A stretch of 64,000 bases of DNA from Parcubacteria group bacterium GW2011_GWA2_43_13 (GTDB lineage Bacteria; Patescibacteriota; Patescibacteriia; UBA9629; GWA2-43-13). The position numbers and the translations under genes are program-made. The stretch lies in contig LCFM01000003.1 of the NCBI GenBank assembly GCA_000999025.1, positions 12,253 to 76,252 on the forward strand. Direction: 5' to 3'. This document shows positions 18,344 through 28,329 of this stretch, in pieces. Each line of letters starts with the position of its first letter. The stretch's first letter is position 1. A model generated the notes under the pieces. That model was not told the DNA's origin. It made no database searches and saw nothing but the letters and a program-made list of their open reading frames with translations.

Positions 18344-19075
18344 TTACTGACTTTCTCTATACCCCATTGCTTCAACTTGTTCTGCCAACTCCTTTCCTCC
18401 ACTCTCCATAATCCTCCCCTGTTTCATAATATGCACATGCGTTGGAGTAAGATATTTCAAGATACGATTATAATGAGTAATAATCAACACGGACTTTTCA
18501 GGCGACATCCACTCATTGATGGATTGCGCAACCGCTTGCAGTGCATCAATATCCAAACCGGAATCAATCTCATCTATCACCGCAAACTTAGGATCAAGCA
18601 TTTTTAATTGCAAAATCTCTGCTTTCTTTTTTTCACCGCCTGAAAATCCTTCATTCACATTTCGATCGCTAAACTCTTCGGCAATCCCTAACGGTTGCAT
18701 CGCAGATGTAATCTCTTTTTGAAATTCAGCAACCGAACCGACTTCGGCGTGCGTGCGCTGATACGCAGTGCGCAAAAAACTGGAAAGCGATACCCCCGGA
18801 ATCTCGACAGGATACTGAAAAGCTAAAAAGACGCCCTTGCGAGCTCGCTCTTCTGGTGAAAAAGTCACAATACTTTTGCCTTCAAAAAGAATCTCCCCAT
18901 GAGTAACCTCAAACCCGGGGTTACCTGCAATCACCTGCGCAAGCGTTGATTTTCCGCTCCCATTCGGCCCCATAATCGCATGAATCTCGCCTGCGCGTAT
19001 CTCCAAAGATAGATTATGAATAATCACTTTTTGTTCCACACAAACATCCAAACCACGAACAAATACCATTGACAT
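18344..19075 (-). CDS. sufC: SufC ATPase
   Basis: GPNGSGKST, LAFQYPVEIPGV, NEGFSGGEKK, DEIDSGLDID. Confidence 0.97.
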   Translation of the reverse strand: MSMVFVRGLDVCVEQKVIIHNLSLEIRAGEIHAIMGPNGSGKSTLAQVIAGNPGFEVTHGEILFEGKSIVTFSPEERARKGVFLAFQYPVEIPGVSLSSFLRTAYQRTHAEVGSVAEFQKEITSAMQPLGIAEEFSDRNVNEGFSGGEKKKAEILQLKMLDPKFAVIDEIDSGLDIDALQAVAQSINEWMSPEKSVLIITHYNRILKYLTPTHVHIMKQGRIMESGGKELAEQVEAMGYRESQ

Positions 19076-19213
19076 ACTGCGTATTGTACTAAATAATAAC
19101 CATACTATGTTACTCTCTCGGGCAGGGAGAGTGCTTTCTCACACAAAGGACCACAACGGGCCTATGCGAGAAAGCGTTTTTTTATTTATGATGTATTCAT
19201 CCTCATTCATCTG

Positions 19214-20362
19214 TTATCCATGTTTTCGTTTTATCCCTTCCAAACACTTTTGTACAATCTTGACTGTTTTTTTAATTTCTTTTTCTGTTGTGTATTTTGA
19301 CAATGAAAATCGAATAAATGTTTGGGCATCGTCTTCATCATATCCCAAGGTCTGAATCACATGCGATGACGTATGCGCCCCAGACGCGCATGCGGAACCA
19401 GAAGATACTGCAAGCCCTTCTGCGTCAAAACGCGTTACAAGAACATCATGGTCAATTCCTGGAAACAACATACCTAAAATATGAGGAGCGCTATCATCAG
19501 GATTGATCACTTTCACAACTCCTTTGCATTTTTTTTCAAGTTTATGTTTGAGCAATAACCGCAAATCATCAACTCGATCTGTATATTCCGCGCCCTCATC
19601 GCTCACCACCATTGCCGCGGCACCAAGCCCGACAATCCCTGAAACATTTTCTGTACCAGGACGCATTCCGTATTCCTGACTTCCTCCATATAATATGGGA
19701 TGAAACGGAATTCCTTCTTTTAAATACAGTGCGCCAACTCCTTTGGGGCCATGGATTTTATGGCCACTGATAGTTGCGCAATCAACACCCAATGTTTCAA
19801 CCCTGCAATCCATATACCCAAACGCTTGCACAATATCTGAATGAACTATTGCGGCGGCGTTTTTCTTTTTTACAATCCGCACAATATCACCAATAGGCTG
19901 AACGCTCCCGATTTCATTATTCACCATCATAACAGAAACAAGCGTTGTCTCGCGTATTACCTCGGCTGAGAGTTGTTCAAGGTCAATCATGCCAGCTTTA
20001 TCAACAGGTATCACTGATACTGCCCAGCCCTCGCGTTCAAGATATTCAGCTGACTCCAAAATAGAATGATGTTCAATAGCAGAGATAACAATATGCCTGC
20101 CTTCTGATTGCCGCGCGCGCGCAATCCCTATAATGGCCATTACATTCGCCTCTGTCGCGCCACTGGTAAAAATAACTTCCCGAGGAGCGCACCCAAACAA
20201 CAACGCAACACGCGACCGCGCCTTATCAACAGCTGATCGCGCCTCCCTGCCAATACTATGAGAAGAAGACGGATTGCCAACCATACCCTCGCAATAGGGC
20301 TTCATGGCAACGGCTACCTGTTCATCAATCATTGTTGTGGCGGCATTGTCTAAATAAATCAT
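19214..20362 (-). CDS. iscS: IscS/NifS-type cysteine desulfurase
   Basis: IYLDNAATT, FTSGATEA, SGHKIHGPKG, SSGSAC; alternative GTG start at 20383. Confidence 0.92.
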   Translation of the reverse strand: MIYLDNAATTMIDEQVAVAMKPYCEGMVGNPSSSHSIGREARSAVDKARSRVALLFGCAPREVIFTSGATEANVMAIIGIARARQSEGRHIVISAIEHHSILESAEYLEREGWAVSVIPVDKAGMIDLEQLSAEVIRETTLVSVMMVNNEIGSVQPIGDIVRIVKKKNAAAIVHSDIVQAFGYMDCRVETLGVDCATISGHKIHGPKGVGALYLKEGIPFHPILYGGSQEYGMRPGTENVSGIVGLGAAAMVVSDEGAEYTDRVDDLRLLLKHKLEKKCKGVVKVINPDDSAPHILGMLFPGIDHDVLVTRFDAEGLAVSSGSACASGAHTSSHVIQTLGYDEDDAQTFIRFSLSKYTTEKEIKKTVKIVQKCLEGIKRKHG

Positions 20363-20382
20363 AGGTCTTTGGTCACAACTCA

Positions 20383-20775
20383 CTACATCATCTGCTGAAG
20401 AGTTACCTTATCAAGCGCATCCCAAACCCTGCGTTCAACATGAGCCCATATATCTTTCTTCGCGCACTTCTTTTGCGAACAATCACACCCTAATCGTTTT
20501 GTGCAGTTGCGCAATGACGGCTTTACCCGCTCAACTGTTTTTACAATATCGGCAAGCGAAACAGATTCTGCCTGTTTTTTTAGATAATATCCGCCGCGCG
20601 CGCCACGCACAGAGGAGACAATTTTTTTCTTTTTCAAATCCTGAGCGATTTTTTCGCAATACTCAAACGGCAACCCGCTTTCAGCCGCAACAACCCTCAA
20701 AGAAACAGGATGGTCTTCTTTGGCAAGAGCAACAAGAAGCACAACAGCATAATGGGCTTTAGTCGAAAAAAACAT
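20383..20775 (-). CDS. Rrf2 family regulator (IscR-like)
   Basis: STKAHYAV, SVRGARGGY, Cys cluster CTKRLGCDCSQKKC. Confidence 0.9.
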   Translation of the reverse strand: MFFSTKAHYAVVLLVALAKEDHPVSLRVVAAESGLPFEYCEKIAQDLKKKKIVSSVRGARGGYYLKKQAESVSLADIVKTVERVKPSLRNCTKRLGCDCSQKKCAKKDIWAHVERRVWDALDKVTLQQMM

Positions 20776-20831
20776 ATCGGAGTACTTTAGTGTGAATTAT
20801 AATGAGTATACGTCCCTCGCCGTGCGTTGTC

Positions 20832-20863
20832 AAAAAAAAGCCCTCTCAAGAGAGAGGGCTTTT
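20832..20863 (-). terminator. Intrinsic terminator after the micro-ORF
   Basis: AAAGCCCTCTC-TCTT-GAGAGGGCTTTTTTTT on the minus strand. Confidence 0.8.
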
Positions 20864-20885
20864 GACAACATACGCCAGAGCGATA

Positions 20886-20987
20886 CTATGCTGCCATATC
20901 GCCGCCGACTTCTTCATCCGTATCATCATCCATGGTACAGGTACATGGATCGCTCCCGCAATTGGGACACATGTCTTCGTTCTCCAT
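20886..20987 (-). CDS. Small Cys/acid-rich peptide (33 aa), not in the ORF track
   Basis: MENEDMCPNCGSDPCTCTMDDDTDEEVGGDMAA; followed by a terminator. Confidence 0.65.
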   Translation of the reverse strand: MENEDMCPNCGSDPCTCTMDDDTDEEVGGDMAA

Positions 20988-21049
20988 ATCATGCGTGCGC
21001 CTGATGATGCTTTAAAATAAAGCACAATCAACGCATTATGAATAAAATA

Positions 21050-21427
21050 CTACAATAATTCTCCGGACAGAAACGCAATAATATCCCGCATTTCATGTTC
21101 GCCTTTGACAAAATACCCTTGCGCTCCAAGAGAGCGCGCTTCCTCATGGGTCACCAAGCCAGAAGTGCCTGAAAAGAAAACAACCGGAATCGTGCGCGAT
21201 TTCTCCCATTCCCTTAATTCAGCCAAAACGGTAAACCCATGTTTATCAGGTAAAATGACATCTAACAGAATACAATCAATCGCAATTTCTTTCAAGGTCT
21301 CCCGAAGATGAGACCATGAATACGCCTCATGCGCAACAAAACCCGCGCGCTCAAGTTCACAAGCAACATACGAAGCAAACAACTCATCATCGTCAACAAT
21401 TAAAATAACTTTTTTACTCTCCTCCAT
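21050..21427 (-). CDS. Single-domain response regulator (REC)
   Basis: ILIVDDD, ILLDVILPDKHG, YFVK. Confidence 0.9.
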   Translation of the reverse strand: MEESKKVILIVDDDELFASYVACELERAGFVAHEAYSWSHLRETLKEIAIDCILLDVILPDKHGFTVLAELREWEKSRTIPVVFFSGTSGLVTHEEARSLGAQGYFVKGEHEMRDIIAFLSGELL

Positions 21428-21429
21428 AC

Positions 21430-22257
21430 TTAGGGGGCTAACAAAGCTCGTATATATTCTACCACACGTTTTGACCTCTTTAGAAACAATACCACAACGC
21501 ACACAATAACCACACTAATACTCACAAAAAGAGGAAGCCGTATCCCGATGACCAAAGGCACTGCATCAATGCGTAACAGCTCCATCACGGCCCGAATCAT
21601 TCCAGTAACTAAAAAATAATACACAATCACATCACTCGCAGGCATGGCATCTTTCAAACGCACAACTCTTTTCAATAACACATATCCTAATATCAACAAT
21701 AAAAGCGATTCATAAAAAAAAACAGGATGATAATAGGCACTATGTTCAAACCCTTGCATGCGATGCGCGGAATCAATAAAAATCGCCCACGGAAGCTGGC
21801 TCGGCTGGCCGTATAATTCTTGATTGAAATAATTTCCCCACCTTCCGATTGCCTGACCTATCGCGAGCCATGGAACAAGCGAAGCAAAAACGAATGATAC
21901 GGCAAGGTTGTTTTTTTTACACACAATCACCCCAGCGATCAATCCTCCGATCAAGGCGCCATGGATAGCCAATCCTCCATGCCATATCGCAACGATTTCA
22001 AATAGTCGCGTACTATACCATGAATACTCATTCACCACATGATACAGCCGCGCGCCAATCATACCTCCAATCACTATCCAAAAACACAATGAATCAAAAC
22101 GCAATACATTCTTGCCTAACTTCATCATCGTCTTTTTCCAACCAAAATAGACAACACAAAACGCAACGGCAATAAAAAAACCATACCAATAGATATGGAA
22201 AAATCCTATTGAAAATAAAAGCGGTGATGGAGCAAAGGCATGCCAAAAAGCCAGCAT
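21430..22257 (-). CDS. lgt: Prolipoprotein diacylglyceryl transferase
   Basis: IYWYG, GARLYHV, GGLAIHG, GRWGNYFNQELYG, HPVFFYES. Confidence 0.95.
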   Translation of the reverse strand: MLAFWHAFAPSPLLFSIGFFHIYWYGFFIAVAFCVVYFGWKKTMMKLGKNVLRFDSLCFWIVIGGMIGARLYHVVNEYSWYSTRLFEIVAIWHGGLAIHGALIGGLIAGVIVCKKNNLAVSFVFASLVPWLAIGQAIGRWGNYFNQELYGQPSQLPWAIFIDSAHRMQGFEHSAYYHPVFFYESLLLLILGYVLLKRVVRLKDAMPASDVIVYYFLVTGMIRAVMELLRIDAVPLVIGIRLPLFVSISVVIVCVVVLFLKRSKRVVEYIRALLAP

Positions 22258-22259
22258 AG

Positions 22260-23177
22260 TTACGCTTTGTCAGCTGAACCCAATAAACGTATTTTTCTCA
22301 TAACCTCGTGCTTCATAACATCTCGAGCAACGCCGATATACCCTCGCATATCAATTTCTTCAGGATGCAGAGCAAGCGCTTTGCGAATAGCAGACGTTGC
22401 GGCAAGACGCAAATCAGTATCTGTATTCACCTTACAAATCCCCAATAAAACAGCTCGCTTGATTGCTTGATCAGAGACACCTTGAGCATGCGGAACCGCG
22501 CCGCCATACTGTTCAATCGTGCGAATGATGGCGGATCGCACCGATGATGCTCCATGCAATACCAAAGGGACGGCAACAACTGCGCGAATACGCTTCAAAA
22601 GGGCGTAATCCAAACAAACTTTTGTGCGAGATTTTACCGGACCGTGCGCAGTGCCAATAGAAACAGCCAATGCCGCGCATCCTGTTTTTTGTACAAACTC
22701 ACGCGCTGATTCAGGATCTGTGTACAATAATTCTCTTCTCTTGACTGTAACCAAATCCTCTTTCCCTGGAATTCTGCCTAACTCCGCTTCCACTGAACTA
22801 CCATACTGCCGCGCCCATTGAACAACCTGCCGAGTGCGATGCACATTATCTTCAAATGAAAGGTGGGAACCATCATACATCACAGAGGTATACCCGGATC
22901 GAAGCGCGTGCCGAATAATATCAAGGTTTTTCCCATGGTCAAGATGCAAAACAACAGGAATGGAAGATTTTGCCGCAATACGAATAATCGCACTTAAATA
23001 ATCCATGCCAGCATATTCAATCGCGCCTTCACTGGTTTGCATAATCACTGGAGCAGACACTTCACATGCCGCCTGAATAATGGCCTGCGCCGTTTCAAGA
23101 TTATTCACATTAAAAGCGCCCACAGCATACCCATGGGCTTGCGCTTTTTTTAAGACTGAGGCAAGCGTTACCAGCAT
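22260..23177 (-). CDS. fba: Class II fructose-bisphosphate aldolase
   Basis: YAVGAFNVNN, HLDHG, VEAELG, IGTAHG, LVLHGAS, KVNTDTD. Confidence 0.95.
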   Translation of the reverse strand: MLVTLASVLKKAQAHGYAVGAFNVNNLETAQAIIQAACEVSAPVIMQTSEGAIEYAGMDYLSAIIRIAAKSSIPVVLHLDHGKNLDIIRHALRSGYTSVMYDGSHLSFEDNVHRTRQVVQWARQYGSSVEAELGRIPGKEDLVTVKRRELLYTDPESAREFVQKTGCAALAVSIGTAHGPVKSRTKVCLDYALLKRIRAVVAVPLVLHGASSVRSAIIRTIEQYGGAVPHAQGVSDQAIKRAVLLGICKVNTDTDLRLAATSAIRKALALHPEEIDMRGYIGVARDVMKHEVMRKIRLLGSADKA

Positions 23178-23199
23178 AAATAGTCAACCATTCGCCATG

Positions 23200-23937
23200 T
23201 TACTCACTTTTAGCTCCTTTTTTCTTTTTCTGAATAATTTCACTATTCCGTATCCCCTTATACACAGGGATCATTGCAGCGCCAAATACAATGGCATACA
23301 CATATTCCTCCAGAGGGATAGTAAACACATACCCCAAACTCGTTCCTTGCGTCAATTGTAAATGCGTGCTTACAAATTCAGGAAACAGCCAATCAACAAA
23401 CAACAGTGTCATCAAGTACAGAGCTCCAAACAGCGAAGCGCCGTACAGCACTTCTCTTAAAATTTTTCGTTCGTTCCATACCACATACCAGAGAATAACA
23501 AGCCCCATAATAAGCGCGCCACGCACAACAGACAGTTGCGTAAAATAACTAATACTACTTGCGACAATCCCAGAAATTAACAGCAATACATAAATCACAA
23601 TAGCATTTGTTTTTTGCTGACGCGAAAGAAGTTCTGGTTTTTTAAACCTTAATTTAAAGACCTCTTCAAATAATACCGCAATAATACCGCCTAAAAAGAA
23701 AATCCACAAAAATCCTCCAATGTCAGTAAATGTTTCAAATTGTTCCCGCACGCTTGCATGCCAATACCCCGGCACAAAATACGGCTGTGTGAGGCCGAAT
23801 GGCAATAAAATCAAACTCATAAACAGCATGCGCTTTATAAAATTTCTCCGCGGCATATACGCGATTAACCACAGCACTGCCAAAATCAATGTCCAAAGCG
23901 TGTATGAATCAAAAATACCAGCGAATGAAATACTCAT
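23200..23937 (-). CDS. Lycopene-cyclase-domain-like membrane protein
   Basis: Multi-TM protein with FVPGYW and TIPLEEY motifs. Confidence 0.65.
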   Translation of the reverse strand: MSISFAGIFDSYTLWTLILAVLWLIAYMPRRNFIKRMLFMSLILLPFGLTQPYFVPGYWHASVREQFETFTDIGGFLWIFFLGGIIAVLFEEVFKLRFKKPELLSRQQKTNAIVIYVLLLISGIVASSISYFTQLSVVRGALIMGLVILWYVVWNERKILREVLYGASLFGALYLMTLLFVDWLFPEFVSTHLQLTQGTSLGYVFTIPLEEYVYAIVFGAAMIPVYKGIRNSEIIQKKKKGAKSE

Positions 23938-23966
23938 AGATAGAATCCATCATCTTCCCATGGGAT

Positions 23967-24956
23967 TTACATCGAAAGAGAATGAGGATAAATTGTTTTA
24001 TATTTTTTCATCCATTGAAAAAGGACGCGCTGTGTCAACAGTCCATTGTGAGGTCCAATCTGCGACACTACTGATCCTGAATTAAGGATACCCCACTTCA
24101 GCGCGTCACGCCAGTGATTCCCCAAAACTAAAGAAGATACAAATCCGCTTGCAAAACTATCCCCAGCGCCAGTGCTATCAACCGCCTTAAACGGAAGAGC
24201 GTCAATCTGATATGCGTGCTCTCCATCATATCCGCACGCGCCTTCCCGTGAATTGGTCATCACAATAATTCCGCACCCAAGCGCGTGAAATTTTTTCAGC
24301 AACCCCACATCTGATGAAAGAGAGGTTGACAGCAATGTCTGCGCTTCATGCTTATTTACGATAACAACATCAGCGGCGCGAAGAGCCCACTGCCACGCGG
24401 ATAATCCGTCTTCCATTTGATGACTTCCGGGATTTATCGCAATACGATACCCGTATTTCTTTTTTCCTTCAACAACAGACCGCCATATCTTTTCATACCC
24501 CGACGCCATTGAGGTAAGATACACCCATTGAGTAGGAAAAAACGGCTTTGCCGTATACTGACGATCCGCATGATACGAAAGAATGGTTCTCTCTCCGCGA
24601 TACAGCAATATGGTGGAATAATTCGTTTTACTCTTTGCCTGAAGCGTTGTCAGTGACACATCAATCCCTTTTCGATCCAAGTCGTCGCGGATAAAAATAC
24701 CAAAATCATCATCTCCGAGTACGCCCCAGTACGCGGTTTTCAATCCAAAAGAAACGCACCCGCAAGCGACATTCGCGCCGTTTCCTCCAACCATGCGCAG
24801 TGGCTCGGCAATAGGAATCTTTTCTCCGAACGGGAGACAAATATTCGTGTGATTGCCTTTCGATTTTTGCACGCACGCATCATCAAGCATCACATACACA
24901 TCCTGCGTCGCATCGCCTATGACAATCACATCACAGTGTTTTTTTTGAAATAGCAT
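23967..24956 (-). CDS. PfkB family carbohydrate kinase
   Basis: GGNGANVA and DSTGAGDSFASG. Confidence 0.9.
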   Translation of the reverse strand: MLFQKKHCDVIVIGDATQDVYVMLDDACVQKSKGNHTNICLPFGEKIPIAEPLRMVGGNGANVACGCVSFGLKTAYWGVLGDDDFGIFIRDDLDRKGIDVSLTTLQAKSKTNYSTILLYRGERTILSYHADRQYTAKPFFPTQWVYLTSMASGYEKIWRSVVEGKKKYGYRIAINPGSHQMEDGLSAWQWALRAADVVIVNKHEAQTLLSTSLSSDVGLLKKFHALGCGIIVMTNSREGACGYDGEHAYQIDALPFKAVDSTGAGDSFASGFVSSLVLGNHWRDALKWGILNSGSVVSQIGPHNGLLTQRVLFQWMKKYKTIYPHSLSM

Positions 24957-24963
24957 ACTGACT

Positions 24964-25929
24964 CTATTTTTTTAATACGCGATTCAGAGCGTCCATAATA
25001 GCGGAAGAATCCAAATGATATTTTTCAATCAGCGCGTCAGCCGGCCCTGATTCCCCAAACGTGTCATCAATTCCGACCATTTCAATGGGAATGGGATACT
25101 CCTGCGCCATGTACTCTGCAATCGCGCTTCCAAGTCCGCCACTCTTTTGATGATCTTCAACTGTAACAAAGGCGCGCGTTTTTCTCGCGACAGTGCGCAA
25201 TGCCTCGGTATCAAGTGGCTTGATTGTTGCCATATTCATAACTTGAATATGAATGCCATATTCCTTTTCCATGTCCCGCGCGGCGCACAACGCCTGATGC
25301 ACAAGAGGCCCTGCGCCAATAATCGTCACATCACTTCCTTGTTTTATAATAGATGCCGCGCCTATCTCAAACGAACTTTTTAAAGATGTGATACAAGGAG
25401 TTTTCTCTCGTGTTAAACGGATATACACAGGACCCGGATAATGTGCCGCGGCGATTGTTGCTTTATATGCTTCGTGTTCATCGCATGGAACAATCACCGT
25501 CATATTGGGAAGCACTCGCATCAGCGCGATATCTTCAAGCGCCTGGTGCGTCGCTCCGTCCGCGCCGACTGTTAATCCGGCATGGCATCCGATAATCTTT
25601 ACATTCAGTTTACTATAACACACTGAAACGCGCACCTGATCCCATGTGCGGCCCGGAGAAAAAACAGCATATGCTGTTGCGAAAGGCACTTTCCCTTCCA
25701 TCGCAAGCCCTGCCGCAACGCCGATCATATTTTGTTCAGAAACGCCCATTTCAATAAATCTGTCTGGATATTTTTGAGCAAACCAATGCGTGCGCGTTGA
25801 TTCAGCGACATCTGCGCACAACACCACAACATCGTGATTCTTTTTCCCCAACTCAACCAATGCTCTGCCAAATCCGTCACGAGTTGATCCTTCTTTTAAT
25901 TTTTGTGATAACAGTCGCTCTTTATTCAT
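24964..25929 (-). CDS. Transketolase, C-terminal subunit
   Basis: TRDGFG, GVSEQNM, DGATHQALED, IKPLD, EDHQ. Confidence 0.95.
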   Translation of the reverse strand: MNKERLLSQKLKEGSTRDGFGRALVELGKKNHDVVVLCADVAESTRTHWFAQKYPDRFIEMGVSEQNMIGVAAGLAMEGKVPFATAYAVFSPGRTWDQVRVSVCYSKLNVKIIGCHAGLTVGADGATHQALEDIALMRVLPNMTVIVPCDEHEAYKATIAAAHYPGPVYIRLTREKTPCITSLKSSFEIGAASIIKQGSDVTIIGAGPLVHQALCAARDMEKEYGIHIQVMNMATIKPLDTEALRTVARKTRAFVTVEDHQKSGGLGSAIAEYMAQEYPIPIEMVGIDDTFGESGPADALIEKYHLDSSAIMDALNRVLKK

Positions 25930-26039
25930 ATTCTACTTTCCCTCTCAACTGACGCAACTCCTTAAGGGGGCTGTCGCCAAATGCTCTTTTGAGGAGAAAA
26001 TCTTAAATTACGCTTCGCGAACTTCGTGCGAGGAAATTT

Positions 26040-26840
26040 TTACGAAAAATTTTGAGGTAATTTTGGCGCTTTGCCATGCCATTGATACTGGCCTTCCATA
26101 AAATCAACGCCTTTCCCCGGAATCGTATGCGCGATAATCGCACACGATGTTTCTAACATCGCCTGCGCAGTATGACATGCGTCAATGATATGATTAAAAT
26201 TATGGCCATCAATTTCAATCACATGAAATCCAAAACTTTCTAATTTCTCTCGCAACGGCTCAAGTGGCATTACATCTTCTGTAACGCCGTCAATTTGAAT
26301 ATTATTTCTATCAATAATAACCGTCAAATTTGAAAGCCGATATTTTGCAATAAATAAAAACGCCTCCCATGATTGACCTTCGTCAAGTTCGCCATCACTC
26401 ATTAATACATACACCCTGTATGTCGCATGTCTCATTTTTCCGGCATACGCCACCCCTGCGGCAATGGAAATCCCTTGCCCCAACGGGCCTGCTGTATTTT
26501 CAATTCCCGGGGCTGACCGATAATGCGGATGGCCTTGAAGCCGTGAATCAATATCCCGCAGTGTTTTCAGTTCCTCGCGTTTAAAATATCCCGCATGCGC
26601 AAGCGTCACATACCATATAGGGCAAATATGGCCATTTGAAAGAATCACCCTATCGCGCTCGCGCCACCACGGTTTTTGCGGATTTTTTTTCAGAATATCA
26701 AAATAGAGCGCAGTAAAAATATCAGCCATGCCTAAACTGCCAGCGGCATGTCCGCTTCCAGCGGATGTTAATGTTATGATGCTGTCCGCCCGAATTTCTT
26801 GTGCCTTTTTTTCAAGAGTGTGTATTTTTTTTTGAATCAC
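26040..26840 (-). CDS. Transketolase, N-terminal (TPP-binding) subunit; C-terminal tail apparently cut by an insertion
   Basis: SGHAAGSL, LSNGH, LQGHP, SDGELDEG, GKGVDFME..WHGKAP. Confidence 0.92.
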   Translation of the reverse strand: MIQKKIHTLEKKAQEIRADSIITLTSAGSGHAAGSLGMADIFTALYFDILKKNPQKPWWRERDRVILSNGHICPIWYVTLAHAGYFKREELKTLRDIDSRLQGHPHYRSAPGIENTAGPLGQGISIAAGVAYAGKMRHATYRVYVLMSDGELDEGQSWEAFLFIAKYRLSNLTVIIDRNNIQIDGVTEDVMPLEPLREKLESFGFHVIEIDGHNFNHIIDACHTAQAMLETSCAIIAHTIPGKGVDFMEGQYQWHGKAPKLPQNFS

Positions 26841-27466
26841 ATGGCATTTATTTTTTGTATGATTTCCTCAATAGTATCATGGTCAAATAATCCGCTTCCC
26901 ATCACCAACTGGTCTGCCCCGCTTTCAATAATCTGTTGAGCATTTTCATATTTCACTCCCCCATCAACCGCAATCGTTATGGTTGCGTACCGCGCCCGAG
27001 CCATACGAATACGATCATATGTTTGCTCTAAAAACTCCTGCCCTCCATATCCTGGATGCACACCCATAATCAAACAACCATCCACTTTTTCTCGATATGC
27101 ATCAATCATCGTCAGCGGTGTTTCCGGATTCAGGGCAAGAAATACCTGCTTGCCCGCATCGCGCACTTTTGCAATACAGGTCTCCATATCTTGCGTCGCT
27201 TCAATGTGCAGTGTAACCCGAGCGACAATCGGCGCAAGCCATCTGTCAATGATAATTTCAGGCAATTCTATCATTAAGTGAAGATCTATCTTCGCCTCTG
27301 TTGTAATCAAATCTAAAACTCCCGGATCATTCATTATTTCATCAGGAATAAAAACACCGTCTCCAATATCAAGGTGGATACAATCAGCAAGACCGGCAAT
27401 GCGATCGAGCTTTTCCTGAATATCGCCAACGCTCTGCTCTAATATCGCCGGAATAACCCGATTCAT
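26837..27466 (-). CDS. rpe: Ribulose-phosphate 3-epimerase
   Basis: HLDIGDG, DLHLM, LNPETP, MGVHPGYGGQ, VDGGV. Confidence 0.92.
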   Translation of the reverse strand: MNRVIPAILEQSVGDIQEKLDRIAGLADCIHLDIGDGVFIPDEIMNDPGVLDLITTEAKIDLHLMIELPEIIIDRWLAPIVARVTLHIEATQDMETCIAKVRDAGKQVFLALNPETPLTMIDAYREKVDGCLIMGVHPGYGGQEFLEQTYDRIRMARARYATITIAVDGGVKYENAQQIIESGADQLVMGSGLFDHDTIEEIIQKINAM

Positions 27467-27476
27467 AAAATATACA

Positions 27477-27917
27477 TTAGCGTTCGAATAAAGAAATTTT
27501 TTGAATACGGCGAAGATGCCTTTCTTCATCCGATGGTTCAGTGGTTAAAAATGCTTCAACAATACGATTCATTTCTTCATCTTGAGCCCCCGCACCGGCA
27601 AGCGCAAGAATATTCGCATGATCATGCGAACGGGCTAACCGAGCGGACTCCTCATCCCATGCCTGCACAGCCCTGATGCCTGTCATTTTATTTGCCGCAA
27701 TAACCATACCTCCCCCACTCCCACAGAGTAAAATTCCCAACGACTCGGGAGTCCTTACCACCTCTTGCGCTACGTTTTGAGCAATATCAGGATAATCATC
27801 ATCTGGAATATATTCATATGCACCACAATCATTCAATTCATATCCATGATCAATAAGCAACGCTTTCAGCGCTTCTTTTGCTTTAAATCCGGCATGGTCA
27901 GCTCCAATGTAAATCAT
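27477..27917 (-). CDS. rpiB: Ribose-5-phosphate isomerase B
   Basis: GADHAG, DDYPD, CGSGGG, ANK, RHLRRI. Confidence 0.93.
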   Translation of the reverse strand: MIYIGADHAGFKAKEALKALLIDHGYELNDCGAYEYIPDDDYPDIAQNVAQEVVRTPESLGILLCGSGGGMVIAANKMTGIRAVQAWDEESARLARSHDHANILALAGAGAQDEEMNRIVEAFLTTEPSDEERHLRRIQKISLFER

Positions 27918-27942
27918 AGGTGATACGGATAGTATACCATTA

Positions 27943-28326
27943 TTACTGTTTTGTTTGAAAATACAGCCGAGCGACACGGCAGTCATTTTCAATCGCGTCA
28001 ATCAACAATCTGATTGAATCAAACATTTTAATGGGACGAATATAAGAAACAACTTCAACTTCAACATCCTTACCTACGACATTTTGATCAAAATCAAACA
28101 CATGCACCTCGCATGTTACTGTATCCGGCTCAAACATCAGCACTGGGCCAAAATGCATAACAGCGCCCCTCCACACATCATCAATGCATATACGACACAC
28201 ATAAATGCCATGCTGAATATTCGGGATATCCTGATACTGAATATTCATCGTCGGAATCCCCAAGTGCTTGCCTCTGCCTGCCCCTCGTACCACTTCACCT
28301 TTAATTTTCGCCAATACTTTGTACAT
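27943..28326 (-). CDS. Stand-alone riboflavin kinase
   Basis: GEVVRGAGRGKHLGIPTMN, EVHVFDF, YIRP..FDS. Confidence 0.9.
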   Translation of the reverse strand: MYKVLAKIKGEVVRGAGRGKHLGIPTMNIQYQDIPNIQHGIYVCRICIDDVWRGAVMHFGPVLMFEPDTVTCEVHVFDFDQNVVGKDVEVEVVSYIRPIKMFDSIRLLIDAIENDCRVARLYFQTKQ

Positions 28327-28329
28327 ACA

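Noticed and set aside
20792-21031. Three listed 61-72 aa ORFs
   Set aside because: They cross the terminator or overlap the better-supported 33-aa ORF.
23200-23937. Carotenoid pathway
   Set aside because: Only a cyclase-like domain is present, with no crtB/crtI in the window.
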